A DNA stretch of 64,000 bases. Origin: Thermoplasmatota archaeon (GTDB lineage: Archaea > Thermoplasmatota > JAKEGO01). The notes beneath the pieces are model-generated. The model saw nothing but the letters and a program-made list of their open reading frames with translations. It was not told the origin of the DNA and searched no databases. Made by a program: the position numbers and the translations under genes. The stretch covers positions 189,891-253,890 of the forward strand of contig JANQNK010000001.1 of assembly GCA_028279595.1 (NCBI GenBank), read 5' to 3'. Positions 47,569 to 60,828 of this stretch are shown here, piece after piece (within the stretch, counting starts at the first letter, position 1; every line of letters begins with the position of its first letter).

Positions 47569-48261
47569 ATGACGTACGGGATCAACCTCCGTGCCATCGA
47601 TGAATTGACGGATATCGTACCCGGGACCAACGTTATGATCGACGGTCCCGCGATGATCGGGAAGGGCGTCTTCGCCCGCAACATCGTCTACAAGGGTCTT
47701 CGCGAGAACCAGGGGATAGTCATTATCAGCGCCAAGGAGACGAGCAAGGACATCCACAAGTGGTTCGACGGCCACAACGTCGATCTCCAGGCCTACAGGA
47801 AGCAATGGGGGATCATCGACCTTCTGACCTATTCGCTCTATCCCCCGGACGAGAGGGAGAACGACACTGACAACGTGAAGTACATCGACGGCGCCATGAA
47901 CCTGACCAAGATCATGTACACCATGGAGAACATAGTGGACAGGTTCAGGAAGGACGGTATCACCGAGATCGTGATAGTCATCGATTCACTGTCCGTCTTC
48001 CTCATGTACATACCCCTGCAGCCGCTATTCTCGTTCCTACACGTCCTCACGGGGAAGGTCAAGGAGTGGGACGGTTTCTGCGTGGCGATCATCGACAGCG
48101 ACATGCACGACAACAGGACCCTCTCGACCCTCAAGCAGGTCTTCCAGGGCACGGTTGAGATGCGCTACCAGGGCGACGACACCGCCATCAGGGCTGTCGG
48201 TCTATCGCACCAGCCGAGCCCGTGGTTCAGGTTCAAACAGGGATCGCCCCAGGGGGGATGA
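47569..48261 (+). CDS. KaiC/RAD55-family ATPase
   Basis: Walker A GPAMIGK, Walker B VIDSL; start ATG 47569. Confidence 0.8.
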   Translation: MTYGINLRAIDELTDIVPGTNVMIDGPAMIGKGVFARNIVYKGLRENQGIVIISAKETSKDIHKWFDGHNVDLQAYRKQWGIIDLLTYSLYPPDERENDTDNVKYIDGAMNLTKIMYTMENIVDRFRKDGITEIVIVIDSLSVFLMYIPLQPLFSFLHVLTGKVKEWDGFCVAIIDSDMHDNRTLSTLKQVFQGTVEMRYQGDDTAIRAVGLSHQPSPWFRFKQGSPQGG

Positions 48262-48265
48262 CCCC

Positions 48266-48766
48266 GTGAACAGGGACAGGGTCGACCGGGCCGATGATCC
48301 GATATGGAGATTTCTCGAACTACCGTCCGACGAGGTTATGCACCACCACCTCTCGGAGTTCCCCGTCGTCACAGTGGACAGCTCGCTTGACGACATTCTA
48401 TCGATCATGAGGTCCCAGAGCTACGTCTGGGTGGTCAAGGACAGGAGGTCGATGGAACTGGTCGGGATCATCGAGCTCATCGAACTCCTCAGGTACTTCA
48501 TACCGCCCGAGGACACCAGTTACAGGTTCGGGTCCGTGAAGCGGGCGATGCGGAGCTTCCACAAGGGAGGCACGCCGACCGCCGGGGACATCGTCGATGA
48601 CGCGGTGGTCTGCAACCGGAACACCCCGGTGAGGAAGGTCCTGATGAGGATGGTCCGCCAGCAGGTCTGGAGGATCGCCGTCACGGACAAGAAGGGACGG
48701 CTGATCGGCGAGATCACGCAGAAGGGCCTTATCCGGCAGTTCTATCACTACTACAGGTACGGGTGA
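48266..48766 (+). CDS. CBS-domain protein
   Basis: Tandem CBS pattern (VWVV..LVGII; IAVTD..GRLIGEIT); GTG start assumed. Confidence 0.8.
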   Translation: MNRDRVDRADDPIWRFLELPSDEVMHHHLSEFPVVTVDSSLDDILSIMRSQSYVWVVKDRRSMELVGIIELIELLRYFIPPEDTSYRFGSVKRAMRSFHKGGTPTAGDIVDDAVVCNRNTPVRKVLMRMVRQQVWRIAVTDKKGRLIGEITQKGLIRQFYHYYRYG

Positions 48767-48770
48767 TCCC

Positions 48771-49946
48771 TTGGAGGAGGTCTTTGCCTTCTTCCTGCTC
48801 TATCTTGGCGTCGCCCTCATACTATCGAAGCTGCTGTACTACCTGTTCGAGCGGGTCGGTATCCCTGGTGTGCTCGGCGAGGTCGCCACCGGGGTGCTTC
48901 TCGGCGCCTACGTCATCGGGAGGATCGGTGTTGTCGGGGACCTGATGCACGAACCCGGGTTCGCGATACCGTTCGACTCGGTCGCCCATGTCGGGATACT
49001 CTTCCTCCTTCTGATCGCCGGTCTCGAGCTCGATCCCGCCTCCCTCCGTAAGGCTGGAAGGATGTCCGCGATGACGGCCGCAGGGGGCATCGTCGTCCCA
49101 TTCGCCTTTGGGATGGCCATCGGCATCGGGTTCGGATTCTCCTATCCAGAGAGTCTGGTCATTGGTGTCATCCTAACCGCCACCAGCATCGGGATAACCG
49201 TCCGGACCTTCCTGAGGATGGGGGTACTGAACACCGATGTCGGTGTCGTTACGGTCAGCGCCTCAGTGATCGACGACCTGATCGGCGTGTTCCTGATAAT
49301 CATCATCGTAGGCTCGGGGGACCCATTGACGATGGTCGCATTGTTCGCCCTCTTCGCTGTCGTCGTGGCCGCGATGCGCTACGGGATACGACCCTTCATC
49401 CGGCTGGCCGAGGTCGCAAGCCAGGAGAAGGGCACCCTCGCGATCGTGATCGGTTTCGTCCTGATAATGTCCGCCCTGGCGGAATACACGCTCTCCGCCG
49501 CGATCGAGGGCGCCTTCGTCGCCGGCCTTCTCATCAGGATGGTCCCAGGAACGAGGTCGATGCGAAGGGAGATACGGATCATCGGCTACGCATTCTTCAT
49601 CCCGCTCTTCTTCGTCTATGTGGGCACTCTCATCGATCCGAAGGAGTTCAAGGACCCCGAGGTACTCATCGTCGCCTTCGTCATCCTCGCCGGCGCCATC
49701 GCGGGAAAGATCATCGGCGCAGGCGCAGGCGCCCGATTGGCAGGGCTCGATGGAAGGAGGTCGTTGATGGTCGGCATCTCGTCGATCCCGAGGGTCGAGA
49801 TCGCCCTCGTATCGCTTCTCATCGCGATAAGGGCGGACGTCATCAGCGAGGGGAACATTCCCACGTTTGTAGCATCCACGATGCTCCTCGTCACTGTCAC
49901 GACGTTGATAACTCCGATCCTTGTCAGGAAACTGTGGCGCGACTGA
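48771..49946 (+). CDS. CPA2 cation:proton antiporter
   Basis: PGVLGE, AGLE, ATSIGIT, VIDD, FFIPLFF, IAGK, PRVE. Confidence 0.88.
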   Translation: MEEVFAFFLLYLGVALILSKLLYYLFERVGIPGVLGEVATGVLLGAYVIGRIGVVGDLMHEPGFAIPFDSVAHVGILFLLLIAGLELDPASLRKAGRMSAMTAAGGIVVPFAFGMAIGIGFGFSYPESLVIGVILTATSIGITVRTFLRMGVLNTDVGVVTVSASVIDDLIGVFLIIIIVGSGDPLTMVALFALFAVVVAAMRYGIRPFIRLAEVASQEKGTLAIVIGFVLIMSALAEYTLSAAIEGAFVAGLLIRMVPGTRSMRREIRIIGYAFFIPLFFVYVGTLIDPKEFKDPEVLIVAFVILAGAIAGKIIGAGAGARLAGLDGRRSLMVGISSIPRVEIALVSLLIAIRADVISEGNIPTFVASTMLLVTVTTLITPILVRKLWRD

Positions 49947-49947
49947 A

Positions 49948-50361
49948 TCACTTATCGATGTCCAGGAGCGCCGTCCGTTCAATGGCGTCGAGGGTCCCGT
50001 CGGTCTTCGATGGGACCTCCTCACCGGTCGTTCCCAGTACATCCATGACCTGACGGACGTCGCAGTCGACCGCGATCACCACGTTCCTGTCTCCAGGCGC
50101 GGACATCTCGAGCGCCTTCTCGATCCTCCTCTCCCCTGTGAGGTAGAGGATGGTCTCGACCTCGAGGTCCCTGCTCCTGTTCATCTTCTGCGAAAAGGCC
50201 CTCTCCGCGTGTTCGACCGCGGACTCTATGTGGACCATGCCGTGGACCATCTCTGCATTCACTATGATAGCTGTATGATCGTCACTCTCGGAGAACGAGT
50301 CGAGTCTGTCCATCCAATCCTTGGGAACGGCTCCGGTGATGAGGGCGTCGACCCGTTTCAT
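49948..50361 (-). CDS. cgi121: KEOPS complex subunit Cgi121
   Basis: H..SAVEHA.RAF....N.SR.LE.E.ILYLTGERRI.KAL; C-terminal IERTALL. Confidence 0.85.
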   Translation of the reverse strand: MKRVDALITGAVPKDWMDRLDSFSESDDHTAIIVNAEMVHGMVHIESAVEHAERAFSQKMNRSRDLEVETILYLTGERRIEKALEMSAPGDRNVVIAVDCDVRQVMDVLGTTGEEVPSKTDGTLDAIERTALLDIDK

Positions 50362-51092
50362 TCCTCGATCCTCGGTGCCAGGAGGTAGGTGACGTCGCCA
50401 TTGCCATCCGCGATGGAGAAGACCATCTTCATGGGGTACTCCTTGCCGAGGAAGATCTTGACGTCTCCCTTTCCGCCTATGGCCTTGACCATGCTCGAGA
50501 AGTAGTCGAGCGAGAAGAGCGAGCGCATGCTCTCGGGTGTGTTGATCTCGACCAGCTCGTCCTTGCCGAGTACGAGTTCCGCCGAGTCGCGATCGCCTGC
50601 GGCGGAGATGATGAACTGGTCCTTCTCCGCGCTGAGCGCGACGTGCTCCGAGACCGACTCGGAGGCCTTGATGCCCCGACCCAGCTCTCCGACGGAGAGG
50701 ACCACGAATGCTTCGAGGTTGAGCTGCGGGACCTTGGGGTCCGACATCCCGGTAAGGTCGAGGAGGGACATCTCCTTCTTGAGGTTCCCCAGGTTCGCTA
50801 CGAGCCTGTTCTTCTCCTCGTCGTGGTGCATGACGACGGTATCGTCACCCCCACCGAGCTTGAGCAGGTCCTTGAGCTTGTCCACCTCGATGGCGAAAGC
50901 CAGGCCCTTCGCGTCGTACTTCTCGAAGGCCTCTGGCTTGAGCTCCATGACAAGCATCGCGACGTGGGCCGGATCGACGGCCTTGATGGTGATGCCCTCC
51001 GGCTCGGCATTGAACTTGACCTCCTCTACGAGGGTTGAGACAACGCCTACTATCTCCTTCAGGACATCCATCTTTACGGTTATCTCGAACAC
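50358..51092 (-). CDS. pcn: DNA polymerase sliding clamp PCNA
   Basis: AVDPAHVAM, FSLDY, YP, YLLAPRIE. Confidence 0.95.
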   Translation of the reverse strand: MFEITVKMDVLKEIVGVVSTLVEEVKFNAEPEGITIKAVDPAHVAMLVMELKPEAFEKYDAKGLAFAIEVDKLKDLLKLGGGDDTVVMHHDEEKNRLVANLGNLKKEMSLLDLTGMSDPKVPQLNLEAFVVLSVGELGRGIKASESVSEHVALSAEKDQFIISAAGDRDSAELVLGKDELVEINTPESMRSLFSLDYFSSMVKAIGGKGDVKIFLGKEYPMKMVFSIADGNGDVTYLLAPRIEE

Positions 51093-51191
51093 ATTGCGCC
51101 CCCCATTGGAATCGTATGGTCTGCATGGAGGAATCCCTATAAAGAATTACCGTTGAACCCGGTCGATACCTTACCTTCGGTGCCGTCAACC

Positions 51192-51231
51192 GCGCTCGCC
51201 GGCGTTGCAAGCTGCCGGCAACGCGTCTCAC
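51192..51231. repeat. Dispersed hairpin repeat, copy 5
   Basis: GCGCTC-GCCGGC-gttgcaagct-GCCGGC-AACGCGTCTCAC. Confidence 0.75.
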
Positions 51232-51266
51232 ATATCCGGCAATGGTCACGGGCTTCCAAGGTCGTA

Positions 51267-52352
51267 TCAGATGTTCTTGCTCTTGGTGAGTGTCTCCTCG
51301 ATCTCGGGGACTGTCGCGTCGGTCTTGAATCCTGTCGGCGAGAAGTGTGTCGGCGAGGAACGGTAGCCGGCCAGTCGGAGCGCCCTGAGCAGGTCGGACA
51401 TCTTCGGGATCCTTCCATGGAGCGCTTTCCCGAACTCGTCCGCGTTGTAATGGAACGGCGACATGTCGGCCTCCTCTGCTAGGACGTCGAGCAGCCTCTC
51501 GGCGTTCTCCGAGACCGGCCTCATGTTGGCGATCAGCGACTTCCGTCCCAGGGGACCGGTCCATATCGGTCCTATCATCTCGGTGGCGGGCTGCTCCTGG
51601 ACCCACCGTTCACCGGTCTCCGGCACATAGCCGATGAAGTTGATTTTGGCGAGCAATGCATCGGTCCTCTTGCTCCCCGACTCGACCTGGAAGAAGGCCC
51701 TGTAGAAATGCTCGTCGGCAAAGGCGAGGCACGGCTCGGCCGCCCTGTCCCTCTCGGCGAACCTCCTCACGACGTAGGCGATAAGTCCACGGACGCCGAT
51801 CTCGTGCTTGAACGGGGTCTTCTCCGTCCGGACCCCGTAGCGTCTCCAAGAGGCCTCTGGATACGTACCGCAGAGAACAGCGGTGTCCGTGGCCGATACC
51901 GAGATTATGCCGCGATGCCTCGTCGCGTTCACCGCGAAGGGAACGTACGGCACCGGGGTTCCGAAGGGATCGATGTCGATCACGTCGAACCTCTTGTCGG
52001 CGATGGCCTTGTGCGCTGGAAGCTCCGTTACAGTCGCTTCAAGACCGTTGATCTCGAGGTTCCTCCGTATGAAACCGCTGGCCAGTGGATTCACGTCGTT
52101 CAGGACCATGTCCCAATCGGCCTTCACCTCGTTCAGCAGACGGACCCCTCCGGCACCGGTTCCTGCCAATAGGTCGATCGCATCGTAACTGTCGCGTTTC
52201 AAAGCACGGAAGAACGAGACGCTCATGTCCCTGTTCACGGACATGACCGGATTGAAGAACACTGGCATCGACGAGTTGCCGGGACCGGAATCGGTCGGCG
52301 GCGGCGGGACGACAAGGCGGGTAGCTCCCTCCCTGACCTCTACCTCCTCCAT
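51267..52352 (-). CDS. trm1: tRNA (guanine26-N2)-dimethyltransferase
   Basis: VFFNP.M..NRD, DIDPFGTP, SATD, HEIGVR, GPIWTGPL, THFSPTGFKTDA. Confidence 0.92.
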   Translation of the reverse strand: MEEVEVREGATRLVVPPPPTDSGPGNSSMPVFFNPVMSVNRDMSVSFFRALKRDSYDAIDLLAGTGAGGVRLLNEVKADWDMVLNDVNPLASGFIRRNLEINGLEATVTELPAHKAIADKRFDVIDIDPFGTPVPYVPFAVNATRHRGIISVSATDTAVLCGTYPEASWRRYGVRTEKTPFKHEIGVRGLIAYVVRRFAERDRAAEPCLAFADEHFYRAFFQVESGSKRTDALLAKINFIGYVPETGERWVQEQPATEMIGPIWTGPLGRKSLIANMRPVSENAERLLDVLAEEADMSPFHYNADEFGKALHGRIPKMSDLLRALRLAGYRSSPTHFSPTGFKTDATVPEIEETLTKSKNI

Positions 52353-52355
52353 CTC

Positions 52356-52892
52356 TCAACCCTCTAGAAGCCGGAGGATCTTGAACGGCAGGAAGTCCTT
52401 GTTCAGGTTCGTTACCTCGAGGATCCTCACATCGTCCCTGCGGCGTATGTCCTGCAGCAGTGGGTTCCTCGATTTCTTGTGAAGCGTGAGCAGGATCGGC
52501 TTGTCGGTCTCGAGCGCTTCCTTGACGACAACGGAGAACTCGGCGCACTCCACCTCCATCTTGCCGACCTCGTCGATCACTATTACGTCCTTCTCGTCGA
52601 TGGCGGTCTGGATGGCGGGGATGCCTATCCTCTCTATCTCATCGATGTCCACGCCATAGTCTCCCACCATGGTCTTGGACTCGATGTCGACATGGGCCAT
52701 GATCCCCTCCTCCTTGGTGGACCAGTCCATGATATTGAAGCCGACCCTCTCGCCGTTATCGATTATGGCCTCGGTCACCATGCCGCCTACCGTGACCTCC
52801 TCCTCCTCGAGAAGACCGATCAACTTCAACAGGGCCTGCGTCTTCCCCACGCGAGGCAGACCCGTGATACCAATCCTGATATTGACTACCAT
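52356..52892 (-). CDS. THEP1-family nucleoside triphosphatase
   Basis: ITGLPRVGKT, VIDEVGKME. Confidence 0.9.
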   Translation of the reverse strand: MVVNIRIGITGLPRVGKTQALLKLIGLLEEEEVTVGGMVTEAIIDNGERVGFNIMDWSTKEEGIMAHVDIESKTMVGDYGVDIDEIERIGIPAIQTAIDEKDVIVIDEVGKMEVECAEFSVVVKEALETDKPILLTLHKKSRNPLLQDIRRRDDVRILEVTNLNKDFLPFKILRLLEG

Positions 52893-52947
52893 CTCTTCAC
52901 CGGTCCCTTGGGGTATGGCATTTCACGTTTATATGGGTTTACATCGG

Positions 52948-52976
52948 AAAAAAACCGGACGTCCAGACGTTCCGGT
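52948..52976 (-). terminator. Hairpin plus U7 terminator after dnaJ
   Basis: Minus strand reads ACCGGAACGTCTGGACGTCCGG followed by T7. Confidence 0.65.
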
Positions 52977-52980
52977 CGGA

Positions 52981-54081
52981 TCACTTCTCGTCAAGGGTCT
53001 GCAGACGCTTGATCAGGTCCTTCTCCTTCCGGCCTAGCTTCTTCGGAACCTCCATGTTGAGGTGGACGTAGAGGTCGCCCCGGCCGCCCCCGCGCATCCT
53101 CGGGAGCCCCTCGCCTCTGAGCCGGATGACGTCGTAGGGCGACGTCCCCGCAGGGACCTTCGCGTTCTTGCTGCCATCGACCGTCGGGACCTTGATGCTC
53201 CCTCCCAGGGCGAGCAGCGGGTAGTTGACATGCGTCTCGTGATGCAGGTCCGGCCCGTCCCGCTTGAAACGCTTGTCCGGCTTCACGCGCATCACGATGT
53301 ACAGGTCGCCGGGAGGTCCGTTGCTCATTGATGCCTCCCCCTGACCGCCCACCCTCAGGTTCGATCCGGTGTCCACCCCCGGGGGAATGGTCACGGAGAT
53401 CTTGCCCTTCTCGAGGATGCGTCCGGTCCCGGTGCATTTCCTGCACGGGTCCGTGACGATACGACCCTCGCCACCGCATCTAGGGCATGCGGTGACGGTG
53501 GAGACCACTCCGAACGGGGTCCGCTGGACCTTCTGGGCCCTTCCCGAACCGCCGCAGTCGCCGCACGTTGCCGGCTCGGAACCCGGCTCCGATCTGGAGC
53601 CGTGGCACTTCGGACAGAGCACATGATGGTCGACCTCGACCACCTTCTCGAGGCCATCCATGACGTCCTTGAGGTCGACGTCGAGCTCCATGACGATATC
53701 CCGCCCCTTGGAGCGGACCGGGCCCGTCTGGCCACCGAAGAACGATTCGAAGATCCCTCCGCCTCGTCCACCGAATATGCTTCCGAATATGTCCTCGATG
53801 TCCGCGTAATGGCTGAAGTCCTCCCAGGTGAAGGAACCTCCCGAAAAACCCTGCTGGACCGCGGAGTGGCCGTACCTGTCGTACATCTGGCGCTTCTCCT
53901 GGTCGGCCAGGACCTCGTACGCCTCGGAGACCTCCTTGAACTTGGCCTCCGCTCCCTGTGGATCCTCCTTGTTGACGTCCGGATGGAACTTCCTCGCCTT
54001 CTTCCGGTACGCCTTCTTGACGTCCTCCGGCGACGCATTCCTCTCGATGCCGAGGACCTCGTAGTAGTCCCGTTCCGTCAT
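52981..54081 (-). CDS. dnaJ: Chaperone DnaJ
   Basis: HPD J-domain, G/F-rich region, four CxxCxG repeats. Confidence 0.96.
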   Translation of the reverse strand: MTERDYYEVLGIERNASPEDVKKAYRKKARKFHPDVNKEDPQGAEAKFKEVSEAYEVLADQEKRQMYDRYGHSAVQQGFSGGSFTWEDFSHYADIEDIFGSIFGGRGGGIFESFFGGQTGPVRSKGRDIVMELDVDLKDVMDGLEKVVEVDHHVLCPKCHGSRSEPGSEPATCGDCGGSGRAQKVQRTPFGVVSTVTACPRCGGEGRIVTDPCRKCTGTGRILEKGKISVTIPPGVDTGSNLRVGGQGEASMSNGPPGDLYIVMRVKPDKRFKRDGPDLHHETHVNYPLLALGGSIKVPTVDGSKNAKVPAGTSPYDVIRLRGEGLPRMRGGGRGDLYVHLNMEVPKKLGRKEKDLIKRLQTLDEK

Positions 54082-55982
54082 GCGGTCCCTTCGCCTTCGT
54101 CCTCGCCGACGTCCTCGTACTCGACGTCGACGGTGTCACCCGGACCCGGGCCCCCTGCCGGCTCCTCGGGTTCCTGCCCGGACTCTCCGCCGGGTGCTGG
54201 CTCCTGCGGAGCATGCTCCTCCTGATAGGCCTGCTGGCCTGCCTGATACATCCTCATGGAGATCGCATGCATCGCGCCGTTCACCTCCTCGGTGGCCTTC
54301 TTGATGGCTTCGAGGTCCTTTCCGGACATGACACCCTTGAGGGCCTCTATCTTGGAGTTGATGTCGAGACGCTCCTGCTCGGTTACCTTGTCCCCCATCT
54401 CCCTGAGGAGGCGCTCTGCGCTGTAGATCAGGCCCTCGGCCTCGTTCACCGTCTGGACGATCTCCTTCTGTTCCTTGTCCTGATCGGCGAAGCGCTCGGC
54501 CTCGTCCATCATCTTCTCGATCTCCGCGTCGGAGAGCTTCGTGGACGAAGTGATCGTGATCTGCTGCTGATTCCCCGTCGCCAGGTCCTTGGCGCTTACG
54601 TTCATGATCCCGTTGGCGTCGATGTCGAAGGACACATCTATCTGCGGCACACCCCTTGGCGCAGGTGGTATCCCTGCGAGGGTGAACCTGCCGAGGGACA
54701 CGTTGTCCGCGACCATGGGCCTCTCTCCCTGGAGGATGTGGACCTCAACGCTGGCCTGGTTGTCCGATGCCGTGGAGAATATCCTCGACTTCTTCGTCGG
54801 GATCGTCGTGTTCCTCTCGATGAGCGTGGTGAATACCCCGCCGAGGGTCTCGATGCCGAGCGATATCGGTGTGACATCCAGGAGCAGTACGTCCTTGACC
54901 TCCCCTGTCATGACGGCTCCCTGGATGGCGGCGCCCATCGCGACGCACTCCATCGGGTCGATCCCGCGGACCACCTTGTCGCCCATTATCTTCTCGACGA
55001 ACTCCTGGACCACCGGCATCCGCGTCGGTCCCCCGACGAGGATGACCCGCTCCACGGTCTCGGCCGTCAGTTCGGAGTCCGAGAGCGCCTGCTGGATCGG
55101 CTGCCTGCACTTCTCGACAACGGGCATCACCAGCTCCTCGAGCTTGGCCCTGGTCAGCTCCATGGAAAGGTGCTTCGGCCCGGCGTCGTCGCCGGAGATG
55201 AACGGGAGGTTGATCTGTGTCTTTATGGTCCCTGAGAGCTCGATCTTCGCTTTCTCCGCAGCCTCGCGGACACGCTCCATCGCCATGTTGTCCCCGGAAA
55301 GGTCTATTCCTGTGTCCGTCTTGAAGCTGGCGACGATGTGGTCGACGATGGAGATGTCCATGTCGGTCCCGCCGAGCTGGGTGTCGCCGGATGTCGACAG
55401 GACCTCGAAGACCCCGTCGCCGAAGTCCATCATCGTCACATCGAGGGTCCCTCCGCCGAAGTCGAAGACCAGGATCTTCTGGTCCTTCTCGGCCTTGTCA
55501 AGACCGTAGGCCAGCGATGCCGCGGTCGGCTCGTTCACGAGCCTGACGACCTCTAGCCCTGCGATGGTGCCCGCATCCTTCGTCGCCTGCCTCTGGTTGT
55601 CGTTGAAGTAGGCAGGGACTGTGATGACGGCCTTGTGGACCTCCTCTCCGAGGAAAGCCTCGCTGTCACGCTTGATCTTCTGCAGTATGAACGCCGAGAT
55701 CTGCTGGGGTGTGAACGTCTTCTCACCCATCTGGTAGGTGAAGTCCGTGCCCATCTTCCGCTTCGCTGCAATGATCGTCTTATCGGGGTTCGTGACGGAC
55801 TGGCGTCTCGCCGGTTCCCCGACGAGGAGCTGGTCGTCGTCGGTGAACGCCACCACCGACGGGAACGCCTTTCCATACGCGGTCGCCCCCTCCGCACTCG
55901 GCACTATGGTCGGCTTCCCGCCCACCATGACCGCAGCAGCGGAGTTCGTGGTCCCAAGATCGATACCCAATATCTTGCTCAT
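54078..55982 (-). CDS. dnaK: Chaperone DnaK
   Basis: [28 protein letters not shown]. Confidence 0.97.
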   Translation of the reverse strand: MSKILGIDLGTTNSAAAVMVGGKPTIVPSAEGATAYGKAFPSVVAFTDDDQLLVGEPARRQSVTNPDKTIIAAKRKMGTDFTYQMGEKTFTPQQISAFILQKIKRDSEAFLGEEVHKAVITVPAYFNDNQRQATKDAGTIAGLEVVRLVNEPTAASLAYGLDKAEKDQKILVFDFGGGTLDVTMMDFGDGVFEVLSTSGDTQLGGTDMDISIVDHIVASFKTDTGIDLSGDNMAMERVREAAEKAKIELSGTIKTQINLPFISGDDAGPKHLSMELTRAKLEELVMPVVEKCRQPIQQALSDSELTAETVERVILVGGPTRMPVVQEFVEKIMGDKVVRGIDPMECVAMGAAIQGAVMTGEVKDVLLLDVTPISLGIETLGGVFTTLIERNTTIPTKKSRIFSTASDNQASVEVHILQGERPMVADNVSLGRFTLAGIPPAPRGVPQIDVSFDIDANGIMNVSAKDLATGNQQQITITSSTKLSDAEIEKMMDEAERFADQDKEQKEIVQTVNEAEGLIYSAERLLREMGDKVTEQERLDINSKIEALKGVMSGKDLEAIKKATEEVNGAMHAISMRMYQAGQQAYQEEHAPQEPAPGGESGQEPEEPAGGPGPGDTVDVEYEDVGEDEGEGTA

Positions 55983-55991
55983 CCTAACACC

Positions 55992-56669
55992 TCAATCGTC
56001 CTGTTCATCCGTTCCATCGGTTTGACTGTCATTCGCGCCTTCCGGCGCATCCTTTTCTTCGGGAGTCTCGTCGGACTCCTCCTCATCCTCGCCCGCGGCG
56101 ACCGCTACCCTGGCATGCCTGATCACATTGGAGTTGAGAGAGAACCCCTTCTGATAGACCTTGACTATGGTGCCGTTCGGCTCGTCGGAGTCCTCGACCC
56201 TCTCCACTGCCTCGTGCAGGTACGGATCGAATTCACATCCCTGGGCCTCGAGTTCCGACACGCCCCAACGGCCGAGGACGTCGTACATCTGGGCGTAGAC
56301 CATCTGGACCCCTTCCCTGAGGCTGTCATCCTCGCCCTTGGCGGTTAGGGCCCTCTCCAGGTTGTCGAGGACCTCCAGCACCTCGCATGCCATCCGTTCG
56401 CCGGCGCGCTTCTGGCCGTCGGACATGGCCTTCTCCATGAACTTGCGGTAGTTGTCGAACTCGGCCTGGAGCCTGAGGAACCTCTCCTCGGGGTCGATCT
56501 CCACGCCATCGGGGACCGCCTCTGGCTCCTCCTCGATCTCCATCTCTTCCTCTGTCTCGGGGACGTCCTCTTCGACGTCCTCCTGGGTTTCCACGTCCTC
56601 TTTCGAGGGCCCCTCACCAAGGTCGAACATCTCGCTCAGTTCCATTCCGTCGTGAATGACGGTTGTCAT
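55992..56669 (-). CDS. grpE: Nucleotide exchange factor GrpE
   Basis: RLQAEFDNYRK, LDNLERA, FDPYLHEAV, YQKG..L..VIRHARV; start ATG 56669. Confidence 0.93.
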   Translation of the reverse strand: MTTVIHDGMELSEMFDLGEGPSKEDVETQEDVEEDVPETEEEMEIEEEPEAVPDGVEIDPEERFLRLQAEFDNYRKFMEKAMSDGQKRAGERMACEVLEVLDNLERALTAKGEDDSLREGVQMVYAQMYDVLGRWGVSELEAQGCEFDPYLHEAVERVEDSDEPNGTIVKVYQKGFSLNSNVIRHARVAVAAGEDEEESDETPEEKDAPEGANDSQTDGTDEQDD

Positions 56670-57205
56670 TATATATGCTTGTCCCCGGAGCACTCGTCGG
56701 CCCTGTCCAGGGTGACCTCGAGTATCCCGTTGACGAACGTCCTTCTCAGGCTGTCGGGTACGGAATGGCCAGGCAGCCCTATCGTCTTCTCGTAGGTCCG
56801 TCGACCGCCCGCAGCCTCGATCCTCATCTCCATTCCATCGACGGTCACATCGATGTCCCCGTCGGAAACACCGGGCATCTCGACGGTGACAACGAAGCTG
56901 CCGCCGCACTCCATCACGTCGGAGACCGGTCCCTCATCCTCGGGTGGTCCAGGCAACCGAGTGCTCGTCTCCCTGAGGTCCGCCGGCAGGAGGTCATCCG
57001 GCACGTCGCCGTATACCTCGACCCGTCTATCGCCGTCGGGTCCGACCGTCATCCTGTATCCGTAGGACCGGGACCTCACACCGCCATCGACGGCATCAAG
57101 CCCCTTCATCATCTCCAGCATCTCCTCCATCATCCCTGTCGGGTCGAATGTGAAGGGCCACCCGTCGAACGGGTCCCTCTCTCCCGGTCCTCTCCTGTCG
57201 ATCAT
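56669..57205 (-). CDS. Archaeal small heat shock protein Hsp20
   Basis: YGYRMTVGPDG, DV.E....VTVEMPGV, NGILEV. Confidence 0.88.
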   Translation of the reverse strand: MIDRRGPGERDPFDGWPFTFDPTGMMEEMLEMMKGLDAVDGGVRSRSYGYRMTVGPDGDRRVEVYGDVPDDLLPADLRETSTRLPGPPEDEGPVSDVMECGGSFVVTVEMPGVSDGDIDVTVDGMEMRIEAAGGRRTYEKTIGLPGHSVPDSLRRTFVNGILEVTLDRADECSGDKHI

Positions 57206-57207
57206 GT

Positions 57208-60077
<2,870 letters not shown>

Positions 60078-60105
60078 TTCCTCTGACAGGTTCTCACCCC
60101 TATCT

Positions 60106-60148
60106 AGGTTGTTAACCTTGTGTTGTATACTACTAATTAACTAGTATA
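60106..60148. promoter_or_regulatory. Inverted repeats over the heat-shock promoter
   Basis: AGGTT-N3-AACCT (60106-60118) and TATACTA-N9-TAGTATA (60126-60148), the latter overlapping a minus-strand TTTTATA box. Confidence 0.55.
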
Positions 60149-60249
60149 AAAGCGTTGCGCCCACCACGGCTTTGCCCGTAAAGTAGTTTTTAACCTTTAA
60201 ATAACCAACATGACTTTAAAGTTACTGCCATATTAAAAGCAACCTTTAT

Positions 60250-60828
60250 ATGGTAATTCGAGATTCAAACTCAATGGATGAAGCAATATCGTTTATCATC
60301 TTTCCATCCCCTACTATTCAAAATTATATTGATTTTTTAAATGACCAATTAACTGATCATGAACCTACACAAACTATCTATAAAACTCTGTCAAATAAGG
60401 GAATCGAATTAACACCGATGCCTGAGACCTTAATCATTGGTTCAGAACAAAAGGATAGTCGGCTTGGTGGCAACCCGATAATGTATTCTCCGGACCACCC
60501 CTTCACGGATGATATTTTCCCATCTGGAAACTTCATGCGTTTTAATATTGGAAACGATAGACATGTACTTGTTTCCTTCAGTATTCATTTTAACGCTGAT
60601 GAAAACTGTTATGAATTACGTTACAAGAGTATAGATAATTTACTACCTCCGGTTGGAAAAGTCGGAGACTTCTCACAAGAAGATCTTGACTTATTAATGG
60701 ATAGCATTCTTGCAAATGGTATTGACTATTACCTATCACTCATTGCTCTCCTGACTGATATTTATTGCGGCGCATTGTCATTCATTCGTGATGTAGACTT
60801 AAAAAAGTCTAACATTGAAGAGCCGTAA
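60250..60828 (+). CDS. Hypothetical protein (AT-rich segment)
   Basis: 192-codon ORF in AT-rich DNA; no motif recognised. Confidence 0.45.
   Translation: MVIRDSNSMDEAISFIIFPSPTIQNYIDFLNDQLTDHEPTQTIYKTLSNKGIELTPMPETLIIGSEQKDSRLGGNPIMYSPDHPFTDDIFPSGNFMRFNIGNDRHVLVSFSIHFNADENCYELRYKSIDNLLPPVGKVGDFSQEDLDLLMDSILANGIDYYLSLIALLTDIYCGALSFIRDVDLKKSNIEEP

Noticed and set aside
3521-51231. Hairpin repeats as integron attC sites or terminators
   Set aside because: No RYYYAAC/GTTRRRY boxes, cassette array or integrase; no U tract, and orientation is independent of neighbouring genes
51560-51640. Trm1 lacks Zn-finger cysteines
   Set aside because: Likely ordinary variation among archaeal Trm1; core motifs are intact
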